Assembly: GCA_041739995.1 (NCBI GenBank)
Contig: JBGSMV010000077.1
Coordinates: forward strand, 1-40,490
DNA from: Bdellovibrionota bacterium
Lineage (GTDB): Bacteria > Bdellovibrionota_C > UBA2361 > JBGSMV01
Direction: 5' to 3'
Length of the DNA stretch: 40,490 bases
This document shows positions 27,890 to 36,080 of this stretch, one piece after another (within the stretch, counting starts at the first letter, position 1; the number at the start of each line of letters is the position of its first letter). The translations under genes were made by a program, and so were the position numbers. The notes below the pieces were generated by a model. That model was not told the DNA's origin, ran no database searches, and saw only the letters and a list, made by a program, of their open reading frames with translations.

Positions 27890-28693
27890 ATGAAGATTGA
27901 TTTTATTGAAGGTGCAAAAGTGCGGGAAGCGGGAGTCAGAGTCGGGTCGCAAAGAAATCTAACTACGGTGGCTCGCGGTTGGGTCTTGAAAGGTGTGCTG
28001 GCTGCCATGGCTCTTCAATTGGGAGCGTGCACCGATGCAAGGGTGCGAGTTGATGTCCAACGCCTCAAAACCGATCTTGAGGACGCGCGTGGTTTTCAGG
28101 CTGAGCAGACCGCAAAAATTTCATCCCTAGAAAATGACGTACGGCGCCTCTCTGGTCGGGTCGATGAAATTGAGTTCCAGCAGAATCAGCGCTTTGGCAG
28201 TGCACTTAACACTATCAAGGGCGATCTCACCTCTCTGCGTCGACGCATCCCACCGCCAGCTATTGTTCCTGTTGTCGAGCTCGAGGCAGATGAAGACGCA
28301 CTGCTGTCTCTTCCTGGCGAACTCGCTGCTCCAATGAGCGAAGCTCTGGCAGGGGTGCGCGACGGTAATTTTGGAAAAGCGCTAGAGTCTCTCGATCAGG
28401 CTATGGGCCCGGCGTTCGAGGCAAATTGGGTAGCCGGGGTCATTTTTTGGAAAGCGGTCTCTCTTGAGGGCATGAATAATCCAAGAGGCGCCATTGAGCA
28501 GTACTTGGCGCTTTCCTCTCAGTATCCTACCTCGGAGCGTATGCCGACGGTATTACTTCGCCAGGCCTCGGTCTTTGTTCGACTTGGGGACAAGCGTGCA
28601 GCGCGCGCTGCCTTGAATAAGCTTATCTCTGATCATCCGCGTAGTGCTCAAGCTAACCCCGCGCGGCAAAAGATTAAGGAGCTCGGTCGTTAG
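27890..28693 (+). CDS. cpoB: CpoB/YbgF-like coiled-coil + TPR protein
   Basis: Follows pal; possible lipobox LGAC; coiled coil; TPR tail YP.S.R.P..LL...LISDHPRS..A. Start uncertain. Confidence 0.8.
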   Translation: MKIDFIEGAKVREAGVRVGSQRNLTTVARGWVLKGVLAAMALQLGACTDARVRVDVQRLKTDLEDARGFQAEQTAKISSLENDVRRLSGRVDEIEFQQNQRFGSALNTIKGDLTSLRRRIPPPAIVPVVELEADEDALLSLPGELAAPMSEALAGVRDGNFGKALESLDQAMGPAFEANWVAGVIFWKAVSLEGMNNPRGAIEQYLALSSQYPTSERMPTVLLRQASVFVRLGDKRAARAALNKLISDHPRSAQANPARQKIKELGR

Positions 28694-28820
28694 GTTCGAG
28701 GCTTGTCGCGGTCACATTTATTGTTTTACCTGTTTCTGCCTAGTTGAGGGCTTCCAGGCATTTTCTGATCAAGAGTGAACAAAGAGGAATGTGCGCTAAG
28801 GAAATCTAAGGATTTTGGAA

Positions 28821-29804
28821 ATGCCAGTAAGTTTGTTGGTAAGAAATCCGAAAGAGTGGCCGAATCTCGATGAGCCGGTGGTTGCCACGTTGGGAAATCT
28901 TGATGGAGTTCATCTTGGGCATCAAGCGCTGTGCGCTGGTGTGGTACGTGCCCGCGAGCGAATGGCAAAGGCCAAAGGAGCGAAGGGTTCCACAGTCGCA
29001 ATTACCTTTTATCCTCACCCCAGCCAGGTGCTGGGCAAGAGTAGTACGGTCACGGCGCTGTGCTCAACAAGGCAGAAGCTTGAGTTACTGGGAGAGTGCG
29101 GCATAGAGCACCTGGTGCTGTTGCGTTTCACTAAACAGTTTGCAGCAGTTCGTGCCAGAGATTTCATTCAAGAAATACTTCTTCAGCGCCTGCGGGTGCA
29201 GCATTTGGTAATTGGACCAGACGCACACGTCGGGTTTCGTCGTGAGGGCACACCGGAGATGATTGTGTCGGCCTTTGCCGCTGCGGGGCGATCCGCCGAG
29301 ATTCTACCTTTTGTGCAGCATGCCGATCAGAGAATTAGTAGTCGTCGAGTGCGTGAATTGCTTGAGGGCGGGGATTTGCCAGGCCTTGCTTCTTTGCTGG
29401 GGCGTTCGTATTCCGTGGAAGGGCGTGTCAGCAGAGGAGACGGACGTGGGAAGTCGATTGGTTTTCCCACCGCGAATATCGCCACCAACGATCTTCTTTT
29501 GCCTCGATTCGGAGTATACGGCGGGCACCTCCAGTTCTTTTCCGAAAACTCTCCACAACCAAGCGCCTCTCACTTAGCAGTCTGCAACATCGGGATACGG
29601 CCTACCTTTAATGGCTCGAGGCCCACAGTTGAAGCCTACTTGCCCGGCTATCAGGGAGCGGACTTCTATGGCTCTCGCGTTCGTCTCGTGCTTGAGTTGT
29701 TCATTCGAGGCGAACAAAAGTTTGATGGTATCGCGGCACTGAAACAGCAGATCGCCCGCGACGTTACTTTTGCTCGTAGCTCTCTTTTAGAAGTAGCGCG
29801 GTGA
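28821..29804 (+). CDS. ribF: Bifunctional riboflavin kinase / FAD synthetase
   Basis: GNLDGVHLGHQ, ISSRRVR, GFPTAN, NIGIRPTF and IRGEQKF motifs. Confidence 0.96.
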   Translation: MPVSLLVRNPKEWPNLDEPVVATLGNLDGVHLGHQALCAGVVRARERMAKAKGAKGSTVAITFYPHPSQVLGKSSTVTALCSTRQKLELLGECGIEHLVLLRFTKQFAAVRARDFIQEILLQRLRVQHLVIGPDAHVGFRREGTPEMIVSAFAAAGRSAEILPFVQHADQRISSRRVRELLEGGDLPGLASLLGRSYSVEGRVSRGDGRGKSIGFPTANIATNDLLLPRFGVYGGHLQFFSENSPQPSASHLAVCNIGIRPTFNGSRPTVEAYLPGYQGADFYGSRVRLVLELFIRGEQKFDGIAALKQQIARDVTFARSSLLEVAR

Positions 29805-29846
29805 TTTTGAATACGCTGATTCTGAATACACTGATTCTGAGTGCGG
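29802..29846. repeat. 15-bp tandem repeat (TGATTYTGAATACRC) x3
   Basis: The first unit starts at the ribF TGA stop; the third is degenerate. Confidence 0.8.
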
Positions 29847-29877
29847 GGATTATGCGCGCTACTATAGGTAAAACTAC

Positions 29878-30915
29878 ATGACATCGGCCCCGACATTGAC
29901 TCACCAATTTTCCGTGGAGCGAGACGATAGGCTCGACCGTGTACTCGCCGATTCCGTAGGTGCTCTTCCTGAGTACGTGGGGCTCTCTCGCTCTCAACTC
30001 AAGCGCTGGATTGTGGACGGGTTGGTAACCGTTGACGGACAGCTCGCGGAGCGTCCCGGAGTGGTGGTCAAAAAGGGGGCCCAAATTACAGTGCGCTTGC
30101 TTAACCCGGCGCAGAGCGCGCTTGAGCCGTTTAATTTTCCGCTTACTGTACTTTTTGAAGATGAAGCGCTGATTGTGCTTGATAAGCCAGCAGGAATTTC
30201 AATGCACCCTGGGGCTGGAAATAAGACTACGACCTTGGCAAACGCTCTGCTTGGGTATTTTCAGGCGAAAGGAGTTGTTCCCGAAGCGCTTCTACAAGAC
30301 GCAGTGGTGCAGGGTGCTAAGGTGCAACGTCCGGGGATAGTGCATCGACTTGATAAAGACACTACCGGAGTAGTGGTGGTAGCGAAAACGGTGCAAGCGC
30401 ATGCGGCATTGTCAAAGCAGTTCTCCGATAGGACTGTGGATCGACGCTACATTGCATTAGCATTTTGCACACCCAGAGGGCGCAGGCCCGTAAATCTGCA
30501 AGACCAAGGAAGTATTGACGCTCCGCTTGAAAGGCATCCAGTAAAACGCAAGGAAATGAGTATCGCTCGGCGCGGCGGCAAGCGCGCGGTGACCCATTGG
30601 GAGGTTAAGGAGCGCCTTGGGTACGGTTGTATCTTGGAGCTTAAGCTTCAAACCGGGAGAACTCATCAAATCAGAATTCACTTGTCGCATATTGAGTGTC
30701 CAGTAATTGGCGATCGCACCTACGGCGACTTCTCTGGATTGCCGCGGTCGCTCAAACCTTTGCATGAAGGATTTGGGCGCCAGGCTCTACATGCAGCACG
30801 TCTTGAGTTCGAACATCCCCTCACGGGGAAGCGGCTTAGCTTCGAGAGCGCGATTCCTGCTGATATGTCAGAGCTTATTGCGCGCTTCCGTTCCATTGGT
30901 GCCACGCCGTCTTAG
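29878..30915 (+). CDS. rluD: RluA-family pseudouridine synthase with S4 domain (RluD-like)
   Basis: RLDRVLA..SRSQL, DKPAG, GIVHRLDKDTTG, TGRTHQIR and RQALHA motifs; adjacent to pgeF. Confidence 0.9.
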   Translation: MTSAPTLTHQFSVERDDRLDRVLADSVGALPEYVGLSRSQLKRWIVDGLVTVDGQLAERPGVVVKKGAQITVRLLNPAQSALEPFNFPLTVLFEDEALIVLDKPAGISMHPGAGNKTTTLANALLGYFQAKGVVPEALLQDAVVQGAKVQRPGIVHRLDKDTTGVVVVAKTVQAHAALSKQFSDRTVDRRYIALAFCTPRGRRPVNLQDQGSIDAPLERHPVKRKEMSIARRGGKRAVTHWEVKERLGYGCILELKLQTGRTHQIRIHLSHIECPVIGDRTYGDFSGLPRSLKPLHEGFGRQALHAARLEFEHPLTGKRLSFESAIPADMSELIARFRSIGATPS

Positions 30916-30941
30916 AGTGCGAATCTTTCAGTGGGCTTCAG

Positions 30942-31712
30942 ATGACCGACCCGCATGAGGAAAATATGTTCCGGTTGCAGACACACGGCGTCTGCCAGGT
31001 GCTGCAGTGCCCGAGCTGGCCGGCTCCTAAAATCACGCACGGATTTATTGGAAGTTCTAGCGACTTCTCATCAGCCAGCCTAGCAAGCGCGTGGCCGGCC
31101 TTCTCTGAGGCTTTCAACGTCCCTCGACTGCTGTTGCTTCGTCAGGTGCATGGGATTGAGGTGTATGAGTGTGAAGCTCAGGGGCTTGCTCAGCTGCCGC
31201 TGGGCGTAACTGAGGTGGCGGAAGCTGATGCCATGATATTGAACACAGTGGGCCTTACAGAGTCGGTGGCCATCGGAGTGCGAACTGCAGATTGCCTGCC
31301 GATTCTTGCCTGTGCAGGCTCTTGGCTGGCTGTGATTCATGCCGGCTGGCGCGGGCTCGCGGGTGGGGTCTGTGAGGCAGCTCTCAAAACGCTTGCGATG
31401 CGCTCACAGAGCGAAATAGTGGCGATCGTTGGACCTTGTGCGGGTAGGGCGGACTATGAGGTTGGAGCCGAGGTAATCGAGGCCTTACAACCGGACACCG
31501 TAAGCATGCCGTCCGCAAGTGGAAAAAATCACGAGCTTATCGACCTTTGCCAAACCCTGGTTCTTAGGATGAAACGCCTCTCTGTTAACGTCTCATTTCA
31601 TTGCAGCAACATGTCCACCATTTCAAATCCTGTGTGGCATTCCTTTCGTAGAAATGGAGCGACTGCAGGACGCAACCTAGGCTTCTTGGTGGTTCCGCGG
31701 AACTGCACATAG
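30942..31712 (+). CDS. pgeF: PgeF/YfiH family protein
   Basis: HGF, QVHG, TADCLPI, HAGWRG, GPC..YEVG and SFRR motifs. Confidence 0.92.
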   Translation: MTDPHEENMFRLQTHGVCQVLQCPSWPAPKITHGFIGSSSDFSSASLASAWPAFSEAFNVPRLLLLRQVHGIEVYECEAQGLAQLPLGVTEVAEADAMILNTVGLTESVAIGVRTADCLPILACAGSWLAVIHAGWRGLAGGVCEAALKTLAMRSQSEIVAIVGPCAGRADYEVGAEVIEALQPDTVSMPSASGKNHELIDLCQTLVLRMKRLSVNVSFHCSNMSTISNPVWHSFRRNGATAGRNLGFLVVPRNCT

Positions 31713-31992
31713 ACTTGTTAGGCCTGCACAAAACGGCCTGCACGACGGCCTGCAGAAAAGCCTGAGTAGCCACTGCTCAGCGTCGAAAAATCAACACTTA
31801 AATTTACTTGTCAGAAACTTCTCCTGTGGCTGGAACGCGCATTCGGAAGTGCACATTCATAGGTATGTGAATTCCTGAGAGGAGTAAAAGAATCTCGTGC
31901 GGCAAGCAAGAATTATGTGGACTTTGAATTTTCTGAGTCTATATCTTGAATATAGATAGTGAGCGTCACGTCTCATGACACATTGAGCAAGC

Positions 31993-32042
31993 TTAGGAGC
32001 GCACTGTTTTTAGGAGTGCACTTTTTTAGGAGTTCATTGTTT
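31993..32042 (+). repeat. 16-17 bp tandem repeat x3, each containing TTAGGAG
   Basis: TTAGGAGCGCACTGTTT / TTAGGAGTGCACTTTT / TTAGGAGTTCATTGTTT. Confidence 0.8.
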
Positions 32043-32154
32043 CGGGCTTCAAATTAGTTGGTAAAAACCTCAGGAGGAATTGCCCAAGCACTTGGGTGTG
32101 TAATTAGAGCCATTTCTGTTCTTTCAAAAAAACAACGAAAAGGAGGCAGTCTTA

Positions 32155-32391
32155 ATGGAGAGAGGAGACCGGGAGAAGATTTTACTCGCTGCACAACGAA
32201 ATGCTCGACTTCGTCGACTTTACCGAGAACATGTAGAATTTGAGGAACAACTAGATAGAATTGCCCGTCGCCCATTTCTTACCACCGAAGAGCAGCTTTC
32301 TGTAGCGAAACTAAAGAGAAGAAAGTTGCGCGGTGTGGACACGATGATGTCACTACTATCAGAGGAGCCAACTGCATTGCATGCGCATTAA
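32155..32391 (+). CDS. DUF465/YdcH-like small coiled-coil protein
   Basis: AAGGAGG RBS; LRRLYREH..FEEQL..I..R.FLT.EE......LKRRKL...D pattern. Confidence 0.8.
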   Translation: MERGDREKILLAAQRNARLRRLYREHVEFEEQLDRIARRPFLTTEEQLSVAKLKRRKLRGVDTMMSLLSEEPTALHAH

Positions 32392-32761
32392 CTTTGATGA
32401 ACTTTGATGCGCAGAAATTATTTGTAGCTTTTTGAGTTTTTGAGGAGTAGAGAAGTAAGCACAGATTATATGTTGCTTTTTGAGTAAATCATTGGGCGAG
32501 TATTTTTTGATTGAAGCTTTGAATTGATTTTTTAGCTGGGCGACTTCACGCGGTGTTGGAATGTCGCTCTCGTAACGTAAGCATTGGAATCGACACCGCA
32601 ACAGATCTGGGCCGCTTGGCTCGTAGGCAAACAGAAAGCCACCTTTCTCAATTTTCGCTAAGCCTGAAAACTTAGCGGTTGAGTAGAGGTGGCTTTCTTC
32701 TTTTGATGCGCAGCTACTGGTTGCCCAATCAATCGGCAGCGATGAATCGGCAGCAGGGAGT

Positions 32762-33457
32762 TTAAGGAAACAGTAAAGTATATCCGACACCGAGGATGCA
32801 GATGTCCACCATCGCATGCGATATCCAAGCGCCCAGTAATGAAGAGTGCCGAGCATAGAGCATGCTCCAGGTTGCACCGCCGACTCCGACGACGAGTCCA
32901 AATCCGATTCCATAAAGCAGAGGAAAATACTGAGTCGTCACCACGACGTGGTGAAGTGCAAAAGCGAGCGCCGCGAGGGCGTGAGCCCTAAAGCCATTGC
33001 CAAACACACGACGCAGCTCGTCGAAAATATACCAGCGCCAAAAGTATTCCTCGATGAGCGAGTGGACTAGGGAGAGAAATAGGGCGAACGGAATATAGTA
33101 GTTAAGGATTCCGAGAGACTCGGCTTTCAAGCGAATTGCTGGCACCGATTCTTGAACTATTGAGCCCAGCGGGGTGGCCATCAGGACAAGCAGAATCAGA
33201 ACGAGGATTGCACCTGCCATCAAACCGCCAATGGCAGCCTTAGAGGCATTCGCAAATAGTGCGAAGCGAGGGAGAGGCTCCTTCACGACCCAGTGGTAAA
33301 AAACAAGCGGCCAGATAAGGGTGAAAACCTTAGTAGCCGAGTATATCGGCTGAGCGAGTGGGCTATCCGACAGCCAAACGAAATAAAGGAGCGAGGCCAC
33401 GAAGGGGAGGGTGGCGGCGCCTAGTAGGAGGAGATTTCGCGTGCGGTAGTGCATCAT
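32762..33457 (-). CDS. CPBP (Abi / CAAX type II) intramembrane protease
   Basis: EEYFWR, FALHH and SHAMVD motifs; multiple TM helices. Confidence 0.9.
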   Translation of the reverse strand: MMHYRTRNLLLLGAATLPFVASLLYFVWLSDSPLAQPIYSATKVFTLIWPLVFYHWVVKEPLPRFALFANASKAAIGGLMAGAILVLILLVLMATPLGSIVQESVPAIRLKAESLGILNYYIPFALFLSLVHSLIEEYFWRWYIFDELRRVFGNGFRAHALAALAFALHHVVVTTQYFPLLYGIGFGLVVGVGGATWSMLYARHSSLLGAWISHAMVDICILGVGYTLLFP

Positions 33458-33719
33458 TGTAGAAATAGAATCACGTCTGAGGACTCCATGAAATGGAGTA
33501 TTCCTCGTGTTGGCGCGAGGCTATGATTTTTTTTGAGGGGCGAGGTTGCCCGTCTGGATCTACACAAGGAATGCTGTTTCCCCCTCCGTCCACTCTGGGC
33601 TCTCCGCGTAAACAAAAAGTAACCAGAAAGTGCGAAGTATCTGAAAATCCAGCTGATGGATCTGCGACGTTCTAGTGGATTCGACATTGAACCAGGCAGT
33701 ATCGCAGTGCAGCAATACA

Positions 33720-33762
33720 GAGGGCCATCTTTCTTTGCTTGCGGCTAAGAAAGATGGCCCTC
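33720..33762. terminator. 16-bp perfect hairpin after the 33785-34096 gene
   Basis: GAGGGCCATCTTTCTT-N11-AAGAAAGATGGCCCTC; no clear U-tract. Confidence 0.6.
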
Positions 33763-33784
33763 GTGTCAGGTCAATCAGAACTGA

Positions 33785-34096
33785 TTATGCCGCGCGTCTT
33801 CGAGTCGAAATGCGATGCGTCGCATTCATGATCGCGTAGCGCGTCTTCTCGGGGTCAAAATTGATGTGCCGACAAATTGCACGGAACGAGAATACGTACT
33901 CTTCGTCCTCGTCATACATGTAGTCGATAGCTTCTTGTTGGAACTCACCACCGTTGTGGTAGTCCTCAACGGTACGCAAAATAATTGCGCGCATTAATTC
34001 GTTAATTGCATTGTATCCATTGCCGCCATGGAAGGACATGTCCATGGTTGGAAGAGAATCGCTTTTGCTCACTACAAACTCCGTCATTTCATTCAC
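33785..34096 (-). CDS. Small hypothetical protein (LMRAII..FSF..IC...FDP pattern)
   Basis: AAGAGGT RBS before GTG; flanked by hairpins; pattern recalls uncharacterised small deltaproteobacterial proteins (recollection, unverified). Confidence 0.8.
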   Translation of the reverse strand: MNEMTEFVVSKSDSLPTMDMSFHGGNGYNAINELMRAIILRTVEDYHNGGEFQQEAIDYMYDEDEEYVFSFRAICRHINFDPEKTRYAIMNATHRISTRRRAA

Positions 34097-34157
34097 GAGT
34101 TTGACCTCTTAGATAACCTGTGAGCGCCCCTCAAGAATTGAGGAACTAGTGCGACCT

Positions 34158-34197
34158 AAAAAAACAGGCAGTCCAAAGCGTTCGGCCTTTGGGTGCC
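34158..34197 (-). terminator. Intrinsic terminator about 60 nt upstream of the 33785-34096 gene
   Basis: Minus strand GGCA-C-CCAAAG-N8-CTTTGG-AC-TGCC followed by TGTTTTTTT. Confidence 0.65.
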
Positions 34198-34352
34198 GCG
34201 ATATGTTCTTGAATTCTTCCGTTTGGAGTTCTTTACATCGTTCAGCGGGGACGCCCTTTGCTTCGGTTCATTGAACCAAGGCAGCGGAACCTCACCTAAC
34301 CAATGGGAAGAACATCGACTCGAGAATTCAATCAGGGTTATGGCAGCCACCC
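34191..34352 (-). ncRNA. Rod-shaped structured RNA candidate (6S-like RNA or cis-regulatory leader)
   Basis: Nested helices GGGUG-GCUGC/GCGGC-ACCC, UUGAAUUCU/AGAAUUCAA, GUUCUU/AAGAAC, CAUUG/CGAUG and UUGGUUC/GAACCGA. G.U pairs favour the minus strand. Confidence 0.6.
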
Positions 34353-34419
34353 TTTGGCGTGTTACCTACGCAAACGTCAGATTGAAGTGTTTCTGCGGGC
34401 CTAAGCCGAGCTTCTGAGC

Positions 34420-34432
34420 CAAGTGTTTGATT
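34420..34432 (-). promoter_or_regulatory. IHF consensus match upstream of the RNA candidate
   Basis: AATCAA-ACAC-TTG matches WATCAANNNNTTR. Confidence 0.35.
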
Positions 34433-34518
34433 TCTTGTGTAGAATTTAGTGAAAAATCGGGAGGGGTCTTGGAAGGACAACTCAAAGCGTGGTGGAGCTG
34501 CCTTAAAGCGATAGCTCT

Positions 34519-35574
34519 CTAAAGTACTCGGTCCAATACAAACTCAGTCAATGAGCGCAGAGCTTTGAGGGCTCCTTTATCGACGGTTTGACCATGCAGG
34601 TCGGCTGCTTTGCCCAGGGCAGCTTGCGCCTTGAAGACAAAGTCCTTTGCCGTGGCGCGTGCCTGGTCGACTGTCTTGCTTGAGGGAAGGAACTTGAGGC
34701 ATTCGGAGACCCAACGATCTTCGGAAGAAGGGTCGTAGTCAGCGGGAGAAGTTTTCAGCCGCTTTGCGCCGTCACTCAATTCAAATCCTGAGCTCTTCGG
34801 CAGCGGTTCATCTGAAACCAGCCAGAGTACGTTCACCAGTGACGGTTTTCTTTCTCTCAAGTCTTGGCCGCTACGTTTCCCGAGAGTGGCTTCGTCCGAA
34901 GTAACGTCCAAAACATCGTCGAGAATTTGAAAGGCAATTCCCAGGTTCTCGCCGAAAAGAGCCATCTGCTCCACTACTGCGTCAGTGGTTCCTGCCAAGT
35001 GTGCCGCGCTCTCTGCCGCAAGCCGAAAAAGAGAAGCAGTCTTCTTCTTCGCTACTAGCAAGCTGGAGGTGACCGAATGGGAATCTTCAATCAGGTTTGT
35101 TTCTAGAATTTCGCCTTCAGTCAGCGCGATGCAGGCCTCTTCTGTGCGATCGATAACAAAGCGGTCTAAGCGAGCGCACAGACCAAATGCACGCGTGAGT
35201 AGAAAATCTCCCGTAAGCAGGGTGGAGTCGGTTCCAAAAAGTTTATATGGGGAAGGCTTGTGGCGACGAACTGGCGACTTATCAATGATGTCGTCGTGCA
35301 ACAGAGTTGCCATGTGGATTAGTTCAATCCCCGCGGCGATGTCCAAAAGCTGGCATCCGCGTGGGTCTGCGCCGAAAGGGGGCTTAATGCCAAAGAGTTC
35401 CCCGCACAGCAGGGTTAACACCGGACGAATGCGCTTGCCGCCTAGGGTAAGAAGGTACTGGGAGATCTCGGTAATTTTAGGTGCGTCGGAGCCTAGTCTT
35501 GAAGAAATGATCGACTCGACTTCGCCAAGTCCCGGCAATTTTGTGAGTGCTGAAAGAGAGGATGCGAGTGACAC
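34519..35574 (-). CDS. Polyprenyl diphosphate synthase (IspB/HepT-like)
   Basis: GGKRIRP, ELIHMATLLHDDIID..RR, KTASLF and FQILDDVLD motifs. Confidence 0.95.
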   Translation of the reverse strand: MSLASSLSALTKLPGLGEVESIISSRLGSDAPKITEISQYLLTLGGKRIRPVLTLLCGELFGIKPPFGADPRGCQLLDIAAGIELIHMATLLHDDIIDKSPVRRHKPSPYKLFGTDSTLLTGDFLLTRAFGLCARLDRFVIDRTEEACIALTEGEILETNLIEDSHSVTSSLLVAKKKTASLFRLAAESAAHLAGTTDAVVEQMALFGENLGIAFQILDDVLDVTSDEATLGKRSGQDLRERKPSLVNVLWLVSDEPLPKSSGFELSDGAKRLKTSPADYDPSSEDRWVSECLKFLPSSKTVDQARATAKDFVFKAQAALGKAADLHGQTVDKGALKALRSLTEFVLDRVL

Positions 35575-35776
35575 AAGATTGAACCGCCAAAGGGACTGAA
35601 TTTAAGAGTCAGAGTTTAAGAGTCAGAGTTGAGAATCTTCTGAGAGTTCACGGTCTAGAAGGTGATGCCTTGCAACGCGGTTGATAAAATCAATTCGATA
35701 GAATCAAAAGCGGACAAAAAAAGTTGCTTCGCTTGGCGTCCTTCGATTAGTCAGAGGCCCAAAGGCAGCGTTCTAA

Positions 35777-35854
35777 TGGCGTCTCCAAGGGGATTCGAAC
35801 CCCTGTTACCTCCGTGAAAGGGAGGTGTCCTAGACCGGGCTAGACGATGGAGAC
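35777..35854 (-). tRNA. tRNA-Glu(TTC)
   Basis: Acceptor stem GTCTCCA/TGGAGAC; anticodon arm CCTCC-CTTTCAC-GGAGG; GGTTCGAATCC T-loop; encoded CCA. Confidence 0.98.
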
Positions 35855-35874
35855 ATACTTCACAGCGCCTCAGC

Positions 35875-35934
35875 CTACTGACTTCGACGCTACTGACTTT
35901 GATGCTACTGACTTCGATGCTACTGACTTTAATC
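35875..35934. repeat. 15-bp tandem repeat (CTACTGACTTYGAYG) x4 in the tRNA leader
   Basis: Units at 35875, 35890, 35905 and 35920. Confidence 0.92.
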
Positions 35935-35960
35935 AGAAGCGAGGCGAAGCAACGCGGGGG

Positions 35961-35989
35961 AGCATACGAAATCGCCTAAACAGAGGCAA
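35961..35989 (-). promoter_or_regulatory. Sigma70-type promoter for tRNA-Glu
   Basis: TTGCCT-N17-TATGCT followed by a GC-rich discriminator CCCCCGCG. Confidence 0.7.
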
Positions 35990-36080
35990 CCAAGAGGCCC
36001 AAGGAAATTTCTGTTATTGTTAAGGATTTTCTAGTTTGAAGTCCAAAAACCGGTAATCTGACGACCCTCTATCACTCGCT

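Noticed and set aside
32359..32913. 184-aa minus-strand ORF
   Set aside because: It overlaps the CPBP gene out of frame and the end of the DUF465 gene, has no RBS and no motif; probably spurious.
35580..35790. Genomic island integrated at tRNA-Glu
   Set aside because: No integrase and no duplicated tRNA 3' end noticed; a housekeeping gene follows directly.
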